Assembly: GCA_017499595.2 (NCBI GenBank)
Contig: CM039010.1
Span: 1,922,001-1,986,000, forward strand
Direction: 5' to 3'
DNA: 64,000 bases
DNA from: Psilocybe cubensis
Taxonomy: Eukaryota
Shown: piece by piece, positions 51,685 to 64,000 of the stretch
Position numbering within the stretch: the first letter of the stretch is position 1
Layout: each line of letters opens with the position of its first letter
Made by a program: the position numbers and the translations under genes
Notes under the pieces: model-generated
The model's database searches: none
Told to the model about the DNA's origin: nothing
Seen by the model: only the letters and a program-made list of their open reading frames with translations

Positions 51685-54600
51685 ATGCTCAAACAGCTCT
51701 GCGCCGCGGCGCGCCGCGCGCTCGCGTTCGTGCACCCCGCGATCCTGTTCGTGATCATCATGGCGCTGCTGATAGTGGAGTGTTTGGACGCGCGGGCTGC
51801 TGTGGCGGGGATTGGGTATTACGCCTCGAGTAGCGGGGCGGGGGCGGGTGTGGATGGAGTAGGGGATGGGGCGGGGAATGGGGTGGGGAATGGGGATGGG
51901 GGGGATGAGAAGGATGAGAGGGAGAGGGAGAGGGCGAGGGTGGAGGCGAGGAGGGTTAGGGTGAGGATCCATGAGAGGGGTGTGCAGGTTAGATTTGGGC
52001 GGGAGCCTGAGCGTGAGCCTGAGCGTGAGCGGGAGAGGGAAGTGATGGGGAGGGGGAGAAGGTGCATGTGTGTAGGCGGGGAACGCGAACATGCGCGCGT
52101 GCGTATGCGCGGTGTGCGCAGTGTCCGGCCGCGTGTGAGTGGGGAAAGTGCGAGTCGTCGTGCGGATCTGGGGATTCCTGCTTCGATTCCAGCTCCAACT
52201 CCAAATAGAATTCCAACGCCAACTCCAAATAGAATTTCAACTCCGACTCGAATTCCAACTCCAACTCTAAATCCAACTCGAATTCCAACTCCAACTCCAA
52301 ATCCAACTCGAATTCCAACTCCAATTTCAATTCCAACTCCAATTCGAAATTCAATTCCAACTCCAAATCCAAATACAACAACCAATCCACATAGCAATCC
52401 AAATGGACGTTCGGGCCCGCTGCGCAAGACCAAGGGCGGGGACGGTATCAAGAAAAAAGTTGAGCACAGGGTACGTTTCTCTTTGCTTATTCCATGAGAA
52501 ATTTATCCAACGCGGGTATTAATTGGTTAATTGGGATTCTTTTTTTTCGTTTGTGGGGTCTTAGGATGTAGCTTTGCAAGTTGATCTTCGCGAGCTCGAA
52601 TCATCCTCACCCACATCAACAAAATTGAACGTGAACGACGAGGAGAATACCCTCGTTGGATGCAGGGGAGAGTGTCATGGACGTGGATGCGGCCAAAATG
52701 CCTCGAATGAGAATGAGAAAAAGCGCGTGCTTGAGAGTAATGTTGTGGAAGTCAAGGTGTGTTGTTAACATTTGTTTGTGTTAGTTATGGCCCCATGGGC
52801 GCTTATTGAGGTGCGCTAGGATGTGTGTGTCCAGGTTGATCCGGTTGAGTTGTCCGGAGTAAAGATAGAGGAGGAGGAGGAAGGTAAAATGAAAACGGCA
52901 CGTATGGAGAAAGGAGATGATGACAGGTCGGGTGAAGAAGAAGGAGGACAACATGAGAGCAGGATTGTAGAGCTCAAAGTAAGCTTTCAATTTGACTGTC
53001 TGTATGGGCGTTTGTTGAACGGTGCGCTGTGGTTTAGGATGTGTATGTTCAGGTTGATCCACCAGAGATTGTGCCTGAAGTCAAGGTGGAATTCAAGGTC
53101 TGCGGTTTTTGTGTTTACTTTCTGTTTTGTGCTTGCTGAAGAGATTTTGTGTGAAGGATGTGGCTTTACAGGTTGAACCGCTTGAGCCCTTATCAGAGAC
53201 AACGATCGAAGTCAAAACTGTCGAGCCGTGTGTTGAGTCTCTGCCCCGAACCGAAAACGATTTCGTACCGGGATTTCACAGGAAAGTGGAGGTCAAGGTA
53301 AGTTGTTTTTTTTACTTCCGTTATGGGCGCTTATTGGTCGGCGGTATTGTGCTAGGACGTGTGTACCCAGGTTGATCTTCTCGAGTCGGTATCAGAAATA
53401 AACGAGGAAAATACACCAACAGAGCTGCTTCTAGAAACAAAAGAACAGGTTCCCCATGAAGAATATAGCCTTAATCCCGGAAAGCAACGGGAACGCGAAC
53501 ATGATGTTAGTCTGCTACAGGTAATTCGACGTATCTCAGATTATGATTTCTGGTCTTATCAATGGATTTCTTATTAGGAAACTCCGTGCAACTTGGGATT
53601 CCTCTATGAATCAGAAGAAGAACGGTCTGCACAAAATGTGCGTAGATCAACATTCGACATTATTTCAGCGTTGTCAAAGTCTTATCTTTTTAGGTTATGG
53701 ATGGTGGGTACATTGGAATGTCGATATTGCATCCTGATACTGCGGTGCTATTTGAAGTAGGTGCTAATGTCACTTTTTGCGAAAGCGTACCCGTTAACTT
53801 TTGAGATAGAGAACTAGAGCGACAGTTAAAGATGACGAAGAGATACCCCCGGATGCGTTTGTAGACGATGTTGGAGTAGGCACTTTTGAGCACGAGAGAC
53901 TCATGAAAACACGCGTCACGCCTCTCGGCAGGGTAAGCCCCTCATCGTTCATTCTACATCGTCATTGTATTTTAACGACTGAGCAATGCAAAAAAGTCTG
54001 CTTCGCGATTTAGCTCGACTGTCTACTTCCGACCCACCAGATCCACATCCACATCCACATCCACATCCACAATATCCCTTCCTTCGGTGCTTAACGTGAC
54101 GCCAATTGAAATACCAGACAAGGCGGATACTGCAAACACCCAGCCTTCTCCAGGTGTAGTGCCACCTGTTAGTAGTACGTCTGAAGCTGGAGCAGCAGTC
54201 AGGTTTGCGGAGGAGGAGCCAGCGATAGCGCGATTGAGTAAATTGCCTGCTTCGTTTGGTGTGCCGATCGTTGAGGCTTTGTATAAGCACCCGAATGGGG
54301 AGCCGGCGAATGTGCTTCAGTCGACGATGGGGGAATCAACAACAACGATAACAACTCCACCTGCCTCGCAGTGTAAGTCGGGTGCAGCAGTGGTAGAAAC
54401 GCAGCACGATGATGATAGAGCAAATGGCAAAGGTACACCCCGAGTCCCGGCGTCCGCGTCCGCGTCGGGCACCTCGCTTCATCCTACTACTAGTACTAGT
54501 ACTAGTAGACCTCACCAACCAACGCGGATCCCAGTCCCCTCACGCATAGGAAGGCCAAATCACAGGAACAGTAAACCTGTACCCGTTCAATCAAGTCATG

Positions 54601-54791
54601 CTTCCGAGTCCATCGCCATCGCCATCGACAACAACAAAAACAAAAACAAAAACGAAAACGCTCCTGCGATCCCAGAACCTTATTCCAGCACTTCTTATTC
54701 TTCGAGTTCCTCGCAGCATGTCGGCACACCAGCCCCGACATTTTGGAATCCTGCCCCGGGGCTCAAAGTGACGATTAAAGCTCCGAGGTGA
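51685..54791 (+). CDS. Hypothetical low-complexity protein: N-terminal hydrophobic segment, IPTPTP repeats, tandem DVxxQVD exons
   Basis: Phase-0 exons 51685-52470, 52565-52756, 52820-52978, 53038-53097, 53157-53297 and 53356-53520 all have GT-AG borders and open frames. The later exons are less certain. Confidence 0.7.
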
Positions 54792-55182
54792 ATGCCAGTG
54801 ATAACTTGTTTAAATTAGTCTAGATCTGGTGGTGTTGGTTTCTTTTAGATGTGTATCTTTCGATTCTTGTATGTATTTAGTTCCATGTTTCGCGAATCGC
54901 GCGTGTGAAATACGGTTGGCAATTTGGGCGCTTGCCTACATGTGGGTTTAAAAAAAGTCAACAGGCGACGAATACCGATCGAAAAGGCTATTAATAGCCG
55001 AACGACTCGGACATATCACGTGTATGTTCAGTTTGGTGGCACCCAAATGGCGCGCCGTGGATTCTTGTTCTACATCGACAAAGGAATTCCTCCTGCTTGA
55101 CATGTTTACCTGGCAGATTCTTGTATCTCGATAATATTCTACCAATTTTTACAAGAGACACCCCACCCAGTTATTTAAAATC

Positions 55183-57467
55183 ATGATTCGAACTGACGAT
55201 CCTTTCATACCTGTTCTCCGACGATTTTTGGAATCAGGTTACGAGCCTTTCACATCATATAGCTCCTATAATCCTGATCCCGAGCATCCTCTCATATTCC
55301 ATGACAGACATATCGCTTCTGCTCTGCTGCTAAAAACCGTCAAGCATGCGCCTTGGATTACGAAAGAGCTTTCCAGTCTTTGCGAGGACACCATCAAAAA
55401 CTTCACTGCGGCAGGGCACAAATTTATTGAAAATCGCAACTACTGGGAAAATTTCTGCCGGCCTTCTGAGTACGTCAGCTATTGCGATAATATAGCAGAA
55501 CGGCACTATGCTCGCACCAGCATCCCCTGCAATGCGTATGCCTCAAAGTTGCTCTTCAGCCCGAATGACCCACTCTGGTTTAGCTTCATTAATGTACGTA
55601 TAAGCGGATCTGAATGTCCTTCCTTTGGCTGCACTGGTGATACTGCCATAATCAAACCTGAAGGGGAGGATACAGGCGACAGGCAATTCAAAATTCCACC
55701 CGAAACTCGGTCGACGCTGGACAATCGCGCACTATCAAATCTCAACAAGCTCAGGGACATGGAAAATATTTTTAATTACGAATTTTTTGTTGCGACTAAA
55801 ACGGCGGAGGCTTTACTAGACAGGATGAGTTGCTGGGGGGAATTCAAGTGGGAGATGCCTACAGTCACAGGCGCTCCGGTGTTGCAAGCCTCGCTCCCTG
55901 GGAAAGACTCGCCTTTTATTCAGTCTCTTTTTCCACTTCTAGGTGTGGAACCCCTTCGTCCTTTGCCCATACACATGGGAACTTCCTCTAGAAAGTCTGC
56001 CCACGCCCGCAAGGTTGTAGCTCCACTGACAAATACTCGAAGGGCCGAGTCGAAATATAGGATCAATGTCCACCATTACATCCAAAAGGTAAGTTTTACC
56101 GCATCGATCATAACATTATTCTTATGTTTTGGCCAGGCGTGGCAAAATGCAGTGCACACAGATGCGACGTTTATTGTTTTTTCCTGTGGCAGACAGGAGA
56201 GAATTGCCATTCGACATCGTCAAAGCCAGACTCTGTTTTTGTCGGATTTGATTGATCCCACAAAAATACCTGGTTATCGAAAGATACATCTTGGCCTTAC
56301 AATCGCCGCCATCAAGGATCGATTAGAAAGGTGGGATCCCATAGAAGTTGAAAACCGGCGTCCTTCAAAACGTAAAGACCCTCCAGGGTATTTAAATATT
56401 TATAACAGTATGAAGGACAAGGCGACAAGAAGGAAGCGAAGGCGATTAAATCCCGAATTGGGGCTTACTTCTGTGGAAATGGATAAAAAGGTCTGCTGCG
56501 TTTTCTTGCGAGTATCACATCTTGCCAATGGCAAATTTTTAGGCATTCGACGATGAGCTAGCCAAGCGGGACTTGGTGCTTTTCTATCTGAATTACTCCT
56601 ACATGAGTTCACCAGCACCGTCTTCATTTCGACGTATGGAACCTTCATGCGCATCGCGTCCCTTCCAAAACCATTCATACCATTTCAAACGCAAAGCGTC
56701 ATATTCACCAGCAAAATATATCTTGGCGACTACATACCAGGATGATATTGGGAGTGGAGCAGTAGGATTGGTATACAGAGTCACGGTCGAGATTGAAATA
56801 GAGGATGGGTCAAAACATCAGCGCACACTCATTCTCAAGCTTGCTATTGGCAACAAAAAGGATCAAATTATTCAAGAATACGAGATCTACAAACGGTTGG
56901 CCGAAGCTAATGCTACGTATGGAATTGTTGGCGTCCACGGCCTATTTCACGATATGGAAACGGATGCTTTGATGATGATCATGGATGATGGAGGGATGTC
57001 GCTGAGAACTCGCGCCATTGAAAAAAAATTAAAGATTCATTATGATTGGGATGATTCAGTTGAGACGACGGAGAAAGAACGGTACATATCTCTTCAACCC
57101 AGTATGCATTCATTTCTGACTCTTTTCCAGGGATGCCTTTACCAAGGCTCTTAAAGGCATCCACCATGCGCACGTAATCCATCAAGACATTAGGATTGAC
57201 AACTTGATGATTAATGATGCTGGCGATGTTTTCATAATCGATTTCGATAATGGTAGATATGACCCCCTCCATGAGTCATTCGAGTACGAAAGAGATTTGG
57301 AAGAACTATTGACTGCAATTGGGTGGCTGGATAGCGACGACGACACAAGTGAATCAGATGAAGATGAAGATGAAGATGAAGATGAAGATGAAGATGAAGA
57401 TGAAGATGAAGATGAAGATGAAGATGAAGATGAAGATGGGGGCGAGGAGCATGGGGACCAAACGTAA
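55183..57467 (+). CDS. Atypical protein kinase-like protein, copy C (4 exons)
   Basis: Near-identical to copy B. HQDIRIDNLM, IIDFD, and an expanded (GAAGAT)n tail at 57357-57437. Confidence 0.87.
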
Positions 57468-58216
57468 ATGGTGTACGAAAATGTCAGTGACCATTCATAG
57501 ATCTGAAGACTCACTAAAATCCCATTATTTCCATCAATACCTAATAACAAGATGACATGCCCACGGTGTCGCTGTGCGATATTCTGCGCGGCAAATAGAT
57601 CTCCTTCGGTCCGTTGTCGACTCGTAGACCTGAATATAGACCTTGGAGGGGCTTTTTGGTAGATGGAACCACAGCACCTAGGAGATTTTCAGAGTTGTTC
57701 AAACGACAGGAAACGAAGATCGCTGACTGGCTAGTACTGATATCCTCCAATGAGTTCTTGTACATCATCAATGAGTTTCGCGTCTCGCGTCTCGCATTTC
57801 GCGAAACCGTTCATCGGACAGAGCATCGAGGAGATGACCACATGGTTTGACTTGAAAACCACTAAACTTCAGACTATCGGAGATTTAAAAAAAATTAGCC
57901 TGTACCTGCCCCTGTTTTGGGAAAATTCAGCGCAATGTTTTTTTTTGCACATAACATTGTGGGCGCTTCCCGACAATGTGGGTTTAAAAAAGTCAACCGC
58001 AGGCGACATTGAATATATACCGATCTGACTGTTGGTTGATAAGGCTACGACATATCACGTGTATGTTCAGTTTGGCACCAAATGCCCTGCTGTCGATTCC
58101 TGCTCTACATCTACAAAGGAATCCTCTTGCTTGACATGTTTACCTGGCAGACTCTGGTATCTCGATAATATTCTACCAATTTTTACAAGAGCCACCCCAC
58201 CCAGTTATTTAAAATC

Positions 58217-60449
58217 ATGATTCGAACTGACGATCCTTTCATACCTGTTCTCCGACAATTTTTGGAATCATGTTACGAGCCTTTCACATCATATAGCTCC
58301 TATAATCCTGATCCCGAGCATCCTCTCATATTCCATGACAGACATATTGCTTCTGCTCTGCTGCTAAAAAACGTCAAGCATGGGGCTTGGATTATGAAAG
58401 AGCTTTCCAATCTTTGCGAGGACACCATCAAGGACTTCACTGCGGCAGGGCACACATTTATTGAAAATCGCAATTACTGGGAAAAATTTCGCCGGCCTTC
58501 TGAGTACGTCAGCTATTGCGAAGACATAGCAAAACGCCACTTTGTTCGCACCAGCATCCCCTGCAATGCTTATGCCTCAAAGTTGCTCTTCAGCCCAAAT
58601 GACCCAATCTGGTTTAACTTCATTAATGCACGTCTAAGCGGATCCCACATAGCCCGTCGTTCCTTTTGCTGCACTGGTGATACTGCCATAATCAAACCTG
58701 AAGGTGAGGATACAGGCGACAGAAAATTCAAAATTCCACCCGAAACTCGGTCGACGCTGGGCAATCGTGCATTATCAAATCTCAACAAGCTCAGGGACAT
58801 GGACAATATTTTTAATTACGAATTTTTTGTTGCGACCAAAACTGCAGAGGCTTTACTAGACAGGATGGGTTGCTGGGGAGAATTCAAGTGGGAGATGCCT
58901 ACAGTCACAGGCGCTCATGTGTTGCCTGCCTCGCTCCCTGGGAAAGACTCGCCTTTTATTCAGTCTCTTTTTCCACTTCTAGGTGTGGAGCCCCTTCGTC
59001 CTTTGCCCATACACATGGGAACTTCCTCTAGAAAGTCTGCCCACGCCCGCAAGGTTGTAGCTCCACTGACAAACACTCGAAGGGCCAAGTCGAAATATAG
59101 GATCAATGTCCACCATTACATTCAAAAGGTAAATTTACCGCAGCGCTCATAACATTATTCTTATGTTTTGGCCAGGCGTGGATAGATGCAGTGCACACAG
59201 ATGCCACGTTTATTGTTTTTTCCTGTGGCAGACAGGAGAGAATTGCCATTCGACATCGTCAAAGCCAGACTCTGTTTTTGTCGGATTTGATTGATCCCAC
59301 AAAAATACCTGGTTATCGAAAGATACATCTTGGCCTTACAATCGCCGCCATCAAGGATCGGTTAGAAAGATGGGATCCCATAGAAGTTGAAAACCGGCGT
59401 CCATCAAAACGTAAAGAGCCTCCAGGGTATTCAAGTATTTATAACAGTATGAAGGACAAGGCGACAAGAAGGAAGCGAAGGCGATTAAATCCCGAATTGG
59501 GGCTTACATCTGTGGAAATGGATAAAAAGGTCTGCTGGGTTTTCTTGCGAGTATCACATCTTGCCAATGGCAAATTTTTAGGCATTCGACGATGAGCTAG
59601 CCAAGCGGGACTTGGTGCTTTTCTATCTCAATTACTCCTACATGAGTTCACCAGCACCGTCTGCATTTCGACGTATGGAACCTTCGTGCGCATCGCGTCC
59701 CTTCCAAAACCATTCATACCATTTCAAACGCAAAGCGTCATATTCACCAGCAAGATATATCTTGGCGACTACATACCAGGATGATATTGGGAGTGGAGCA
59801 GTAGGATTGGTATACAGAGTCACGGTCGAGATTGAAATAGAGGATGGGTCAAAACATCAGCGCACACTCATTCTCAAGCTTGCTATTGGCGACAAAAAGG
59901 ATCAAATCATTCAAGAATACGAGATCTACAAACGGTTGGCCGAAGCTAATGCTACGTATGGCATTGTTGGCGTCCACGGCCTATTTCACGATATGGAAAC
60001 CGACGCGCTGATGATGATCATGGATGATGGAGGGATGTCGCTGAGAACTCGCGCCATTGAAAAAAAATTAAAGATTCATTATGATTGGGATGATTCAGTT
60101 GAGACAGCAGAGAAAGAACGGTACATATCTCTTCAACCCAGTATGCATTCATTTCTGACTCTTTTCTAGGGATGCCTTTATCAAGGCTCTTAAAGGCATC
60201 CACCATGCGCACGTAATCCATCAAGACATTAGGATTGACAACTTGATGATTAATGATGCTGGCGATGTTTTCATAATCGATTTCGATAATGGTAGATATG
60301 ACCCCCTCCATGAGTCATTCGAGTACGAAAGAGATATGGAAGAACTATTGACTGCAATTGGGTGGCTAGATAGCGACGACGACACAAGTGAATCGGATGA
60401 AGATGAAGATAAAGATGAAGATAAAGATGATGGTGACGGTCAAGCGTAA
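58217..60449 (+). CDS. Atypical protein kinase-like protein, copy D (4 exons)
   Basis: Tandem with copy C (starts 3034 bp apart). The C-terminus DGQA and 3' flank match copy B. Confidence 0.87.
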
Positions 60450-60846
60450 TGTGTTGGTTGTTTCAGGCTTGATACAGCCTTCTACCGGATTCAGTACTCA
60501 TTGGGCGCTAATGTCAGCTCTGAGGATTAAACTTACTTTACTATCATTAACGGAGGAATAAAAACTGGAGCCAGGGCCTTCAAAGTAGCGATAAGTATAA
60601 CCTATTTCCATTGATTGTTACTGTTGTAAATCCGATGTAGATAACAAAAGCTAGGCATTCGCGATGTTGTCGGGCGTGATGCGTTGTTCGAAGCTTTAAA
60701 TGGTACCTGAGGGGATTGAGGAAATGAATCAACCGAGCTCAGGGTGGGTGTTTGAATGTTCGTCTTCTTCCGTATCATTCGCACCATGGCTGACGGTACG
60801 ATTATTTTGCTCCCTACGAAGCATGACTGCTTTGGCAAACTTTTGG

Positions 60847-61056
60847 ATTGGCTCTCTCATGCGGCAAGACGTCGACCTTGATGATGTTACAACCATTCGC
60901 GCAATCGTGAAAGCATCCCTTGACTCCTACTGCACAACCTTTCTAGGAAGCCACCATGGCAGTTCGACGGCCTGCACATAGAGCTCTGAAAACTCTCAGC
61001 CACAATGACCGAAGAACTCGACCGAGTGTTCAAAACGGATGGAGAGAATGTCTTAG
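60847..61056 (+). pseudogene. Partial copy of the metacaspase C-terminal region
   Basis: IGSLMRQDVDLDDVTTIRAIVKAS.., mirror of 23700-23917, frameshifted. Confidence 0.8.
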
Positions 61057-61948
61057 CCCATCGAAGGAAAACTCTACGAGTGAGAACATATTAGCTGGTA
61101 AGATTCCTGAATTCGCACCATGGTCCTACAAGTTGCCTGGTAAGGAGAGCAAAAAGAAGCATTGTCGTAACCTCCGGTAGGAAAAATGTCAGCGACCATT
61201 CATAGATCTGAAGACTCACTAAGATCCCACTATTACCATCAATACCTAATAACAAGATGGAAAAGCTCACGGTATTGCTGTGCGATATTCCGCACGGCAA
61301 ATAGATCTCCTTCGGTCCGTTAGTCGACTCATACACCTGAATATAGACCTTGGAGGGGCCTTTTGGCAGATGGAACCACAGCAGCTCAGATATTCAGAGT
61401 TGTTCAAACGACAGGAGACGACGATCGCTGACTGGCTAGTACTGATATTCTCCAATGATCTCTTGTACACCGTGAAGGAGTTTCGCGTCTCGCATTTCGC
61501 AACATCGTTTCATCAGACGGAGCTTCGAAGAGATAACCACATGTTTTGACATGAACACCGCTAAACCCCAGACCGTTGGATATACAAAGAGAGTATTTAT
61601 CGTCCTTGAAGCCGACGCCTCAGAAAGCGAGATATGCACCGTTTCATGCACTCGCGATGAACCAGTGGAAAAGCAGTGTTGCGAGTTCGCCCTCGGGTTG
61701 CAGAACGCGTCGATCCTTGATATTGCTGGTCAATAGGTGAAGGAATTATGAGAGCGAAAGAAAAGTGGAATATTCATGATGGAAGTCAAGGTTGATGAAG
61801 ATTGGAAAAACTTTTGTTTGTGGTATGTAATCGTCACGGGCGGAGTCGCATGGTCGTGACTGCGATCCTGGTACAGCGCAGACTCTGACGTCCAACATGA
61901 CTCCTAGTAACAATCCTCACTCTTTCGCTACCCCTCACAATATCTGTA

Positions 61949-63356
61949 ATGTCTCATTATGATAATATCTTAGATGTGCTCTCTAAGGAGCCAGTCTGGT
62001 CGCTAGAGAATGAACAGGTGCGATTCCGAAACAGATATTCCACAGCGCGGAGCACTGACCTGCCGCTTTACAGGCCATACTAGAACCGTTTACATACATT
62101 ACCTCTAATCCAGGCAAGGAAATACGCGGGAAACTCATCGAGGCATTCAACATATGGCTAAAGGTCCCCAGCGACAAATTGCAAGTCATTGCAAAAATCG
62201 TAAACATGCTCCACGCAGCCAGTCTCATGTATAGTCGGACATATTGTGCTACGGTTACCGTTATTAAACGTCGTGGACAGGGTTGACGATATAGAGGATG
62301 ACTCCCAATTAAGAAGAGGGACACCCGGTACGCAATATCTACGCGTTTGGCGCCTGTCGTTGTGCTAACAGACATGTAGTGACACACAAAATCTATGGCA
62401 TTCCTCAGACAATTAATACAGCCAACTACGTGTACTTTCTAGCCTATCAAGAACTCTTTGCCCTTCGCGGATCCGAGACTTCAGATCCACCTCGACAACC
62501 TCTTGATGCGTTGGTTACTAGTGAGTTTACTTTCTGGTGTCCACTGTTGGCTAACTAATTATGCCTCTCAAGCGGAACTGCTATCGTTGCATCGCGGACA
62601 AGGTTTGGAGATACTTTGGCGTGACTCGCTCCAATGTCCCTCCGAGGAAGAGTATATCAGAATGGTCAACAACAGTACGTCTCAATTCATAGTACCAACT
62701 CAATCAAGCTAGACGTCTCTCCAGAAACCGGTGGCCTACTCCGTATAGGGATTAAACTCATGATGGCATGCTGTACGACGAACGTGGATGTGTGAGTATC
62801 TCGCATTTCTCTCCCTGAATACATTTTAACTCGTGGACAGTGATTATGTGCCCCTGGTCAATCTAATAGGAGTTTACTTCCAAATCCGCGACGATTTAAT
62901 GAACCTGCAAAGCACAGAGGTAACGCAGTGCCTGACAAACAATCTATGTGTCCTCTGACTCTTACATTTAAATAGTACACGTCAAACAAGGGTTTCGCCG
63001 AAGACTTGTCAGAGGGAAAGTTTTCCTTTCCAGTTGTTCATGGAATCCATGCGGACAAGTCGAATCGCCAAGTACTCAGTCAGTATTTCTCTCATTATGA
63101 AGCCTCTATCTATCACGTCCAGCAATATTAACGCAAAATTCATTTAGACGTGCTCCAAAAACGGCCCACAACGCCGACATTGAAGATCCACACCATTAAC
63201 TATCTCAAGAACGTCACCAAGTCATTCGACTACACGCTATCTGTGATGGCCAACCTGGAGGCTCAGACTAGAGCGGAAATATCGAGGCTAGGGGGGAACA
63301 AGGGTCTAGAGGCTATCATGGACTTGCTGCATGTGGATGCAAGCAAATTTTCGTGA
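61949..63356 (+). CDS. Geranylgeranyl pyrophosphate synthase, copy 2 (multi-exon)
   Basis: [17 protein letters not shown] start. [21 protein letters not shown] and [11 protein letters not shown] motifs are intact, as in copy 1. Confidence 0.92.
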
Positions 63357-63951
63357 GATGTAGAATTGTCACAATGGACTAACTCTTCCTACATCGCTCA
63401 GGATAATCTAGTCTAATTTGCCACATAACCGAAATCTCACTTTACACCTCTCGAGATGTGCACCAAAGTTGTACAGTACATCGCTCCATCAACAGAATAG
63501 AAATGGAAGGTCATTGAGCACATGAACGACCGTAGACGGTCGGCCATCTTAGTTCCGCCGAATGTCTGTTAGAAGTTAGGGTATGCTCCTTTGCCTCTGA
63601 AGCATCCAATTGACAGCAAAAATCTGGCTGGTGTCGTGCAGATCTAGGCGGACAAACGGATTGAACCTAGTCACTATCATTTGTGATGAAACCGTGCTGT
63701 GGAACACCACCATTAAGTTAATTTTTCCTCTCTCTCATATCTAACACAATTCGCACCACCTCGGACCACATTCTGATATGTGTCCGCTACGGCCATGGGA
63801 CCCGTCATGGGTATCACGTGGTATGTTGAATCTTCCTCTTTGAAGCCATGCAGGCTAGATCTCTGGTTGTTTCTGTGTTTCTGGAATACCGCAACACCGT
63901 CACTATCTTTTCAGACACTCATTCAACAAAGGCTCCGTTTATCAGGACGTA

Positions 63952-64000
63952 ATGATTCGAAACCACGATCCTTTTGCTCTTGCACTGCGACAATTTCTGG
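63952..64000 (+). CDS. Start of a fifth kinase-family copy (E), truncated by the window edge
   Basis: MIRNHDPFALALRQFL resembles MIQNDDPFAPVLLRFL and MIRTDDPFIPVLRRFL. It lies downstream of GGPPS, as copy A does. Confidence 0.7.
   Translation, partial: MIRNHDPFALALRQFL

Larger units (their letters stand above)
57480..63356. repeat. Right arm of large inverted segmental duplication
   Basis: Reverse-complement counterpart of about 21358-27420. Similarity ends just past the GGPPS stop codon. Confidence 0.9.

Noticed and set aside
59129-59175. Frameshift in kinase copy D
   Set aside because: The ORF break is inside intron 1, which is 47 nt here versus 48 nt in copies B and C. Splice sites are intact.

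Overview
Eukaryotic, intron-rich fungal DNA, most likely an agaricomycete basidiomycete (short GT-AG introns, intron-containing tRNAs). Bases 1-4.4 kb are AT-rich transposon debris: a Ty3/gypsy chromodomain remnant, a hAT-like element with an 8-bp TSD that carries a 35-bp-period palindrome array, and a probable CACTA end. Next come conserved genes (zuotin, HMG-CoA lyase, CaMK), a TGA-riddled pseudogene, and a tyrosinase plus CCC1 pair bracketed by two convergent tRNA-Asn genes. An accessory cluster occurs as a large inverted duplication (about 21.4-27.4 kb versus 57.5-63.4 kb). It holds at least five copies of an atypical kinase with a variable N-terminal domain, two GGPP synthases, and metacaspase remnants. 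The full metacaspase gene is split by a young, probably self-priming chromovirus LTR element (28509-34419). Between the arms lies a microsatellite-rich block: copper-fist transcription factor, alanine aminotransferase, RRP9, a CACTA-type foldback MITE, and a disordered protein whose tandem exons each build a candidate LC8-binding motif. Exon boundaries were read by eye, and no database searches were run.
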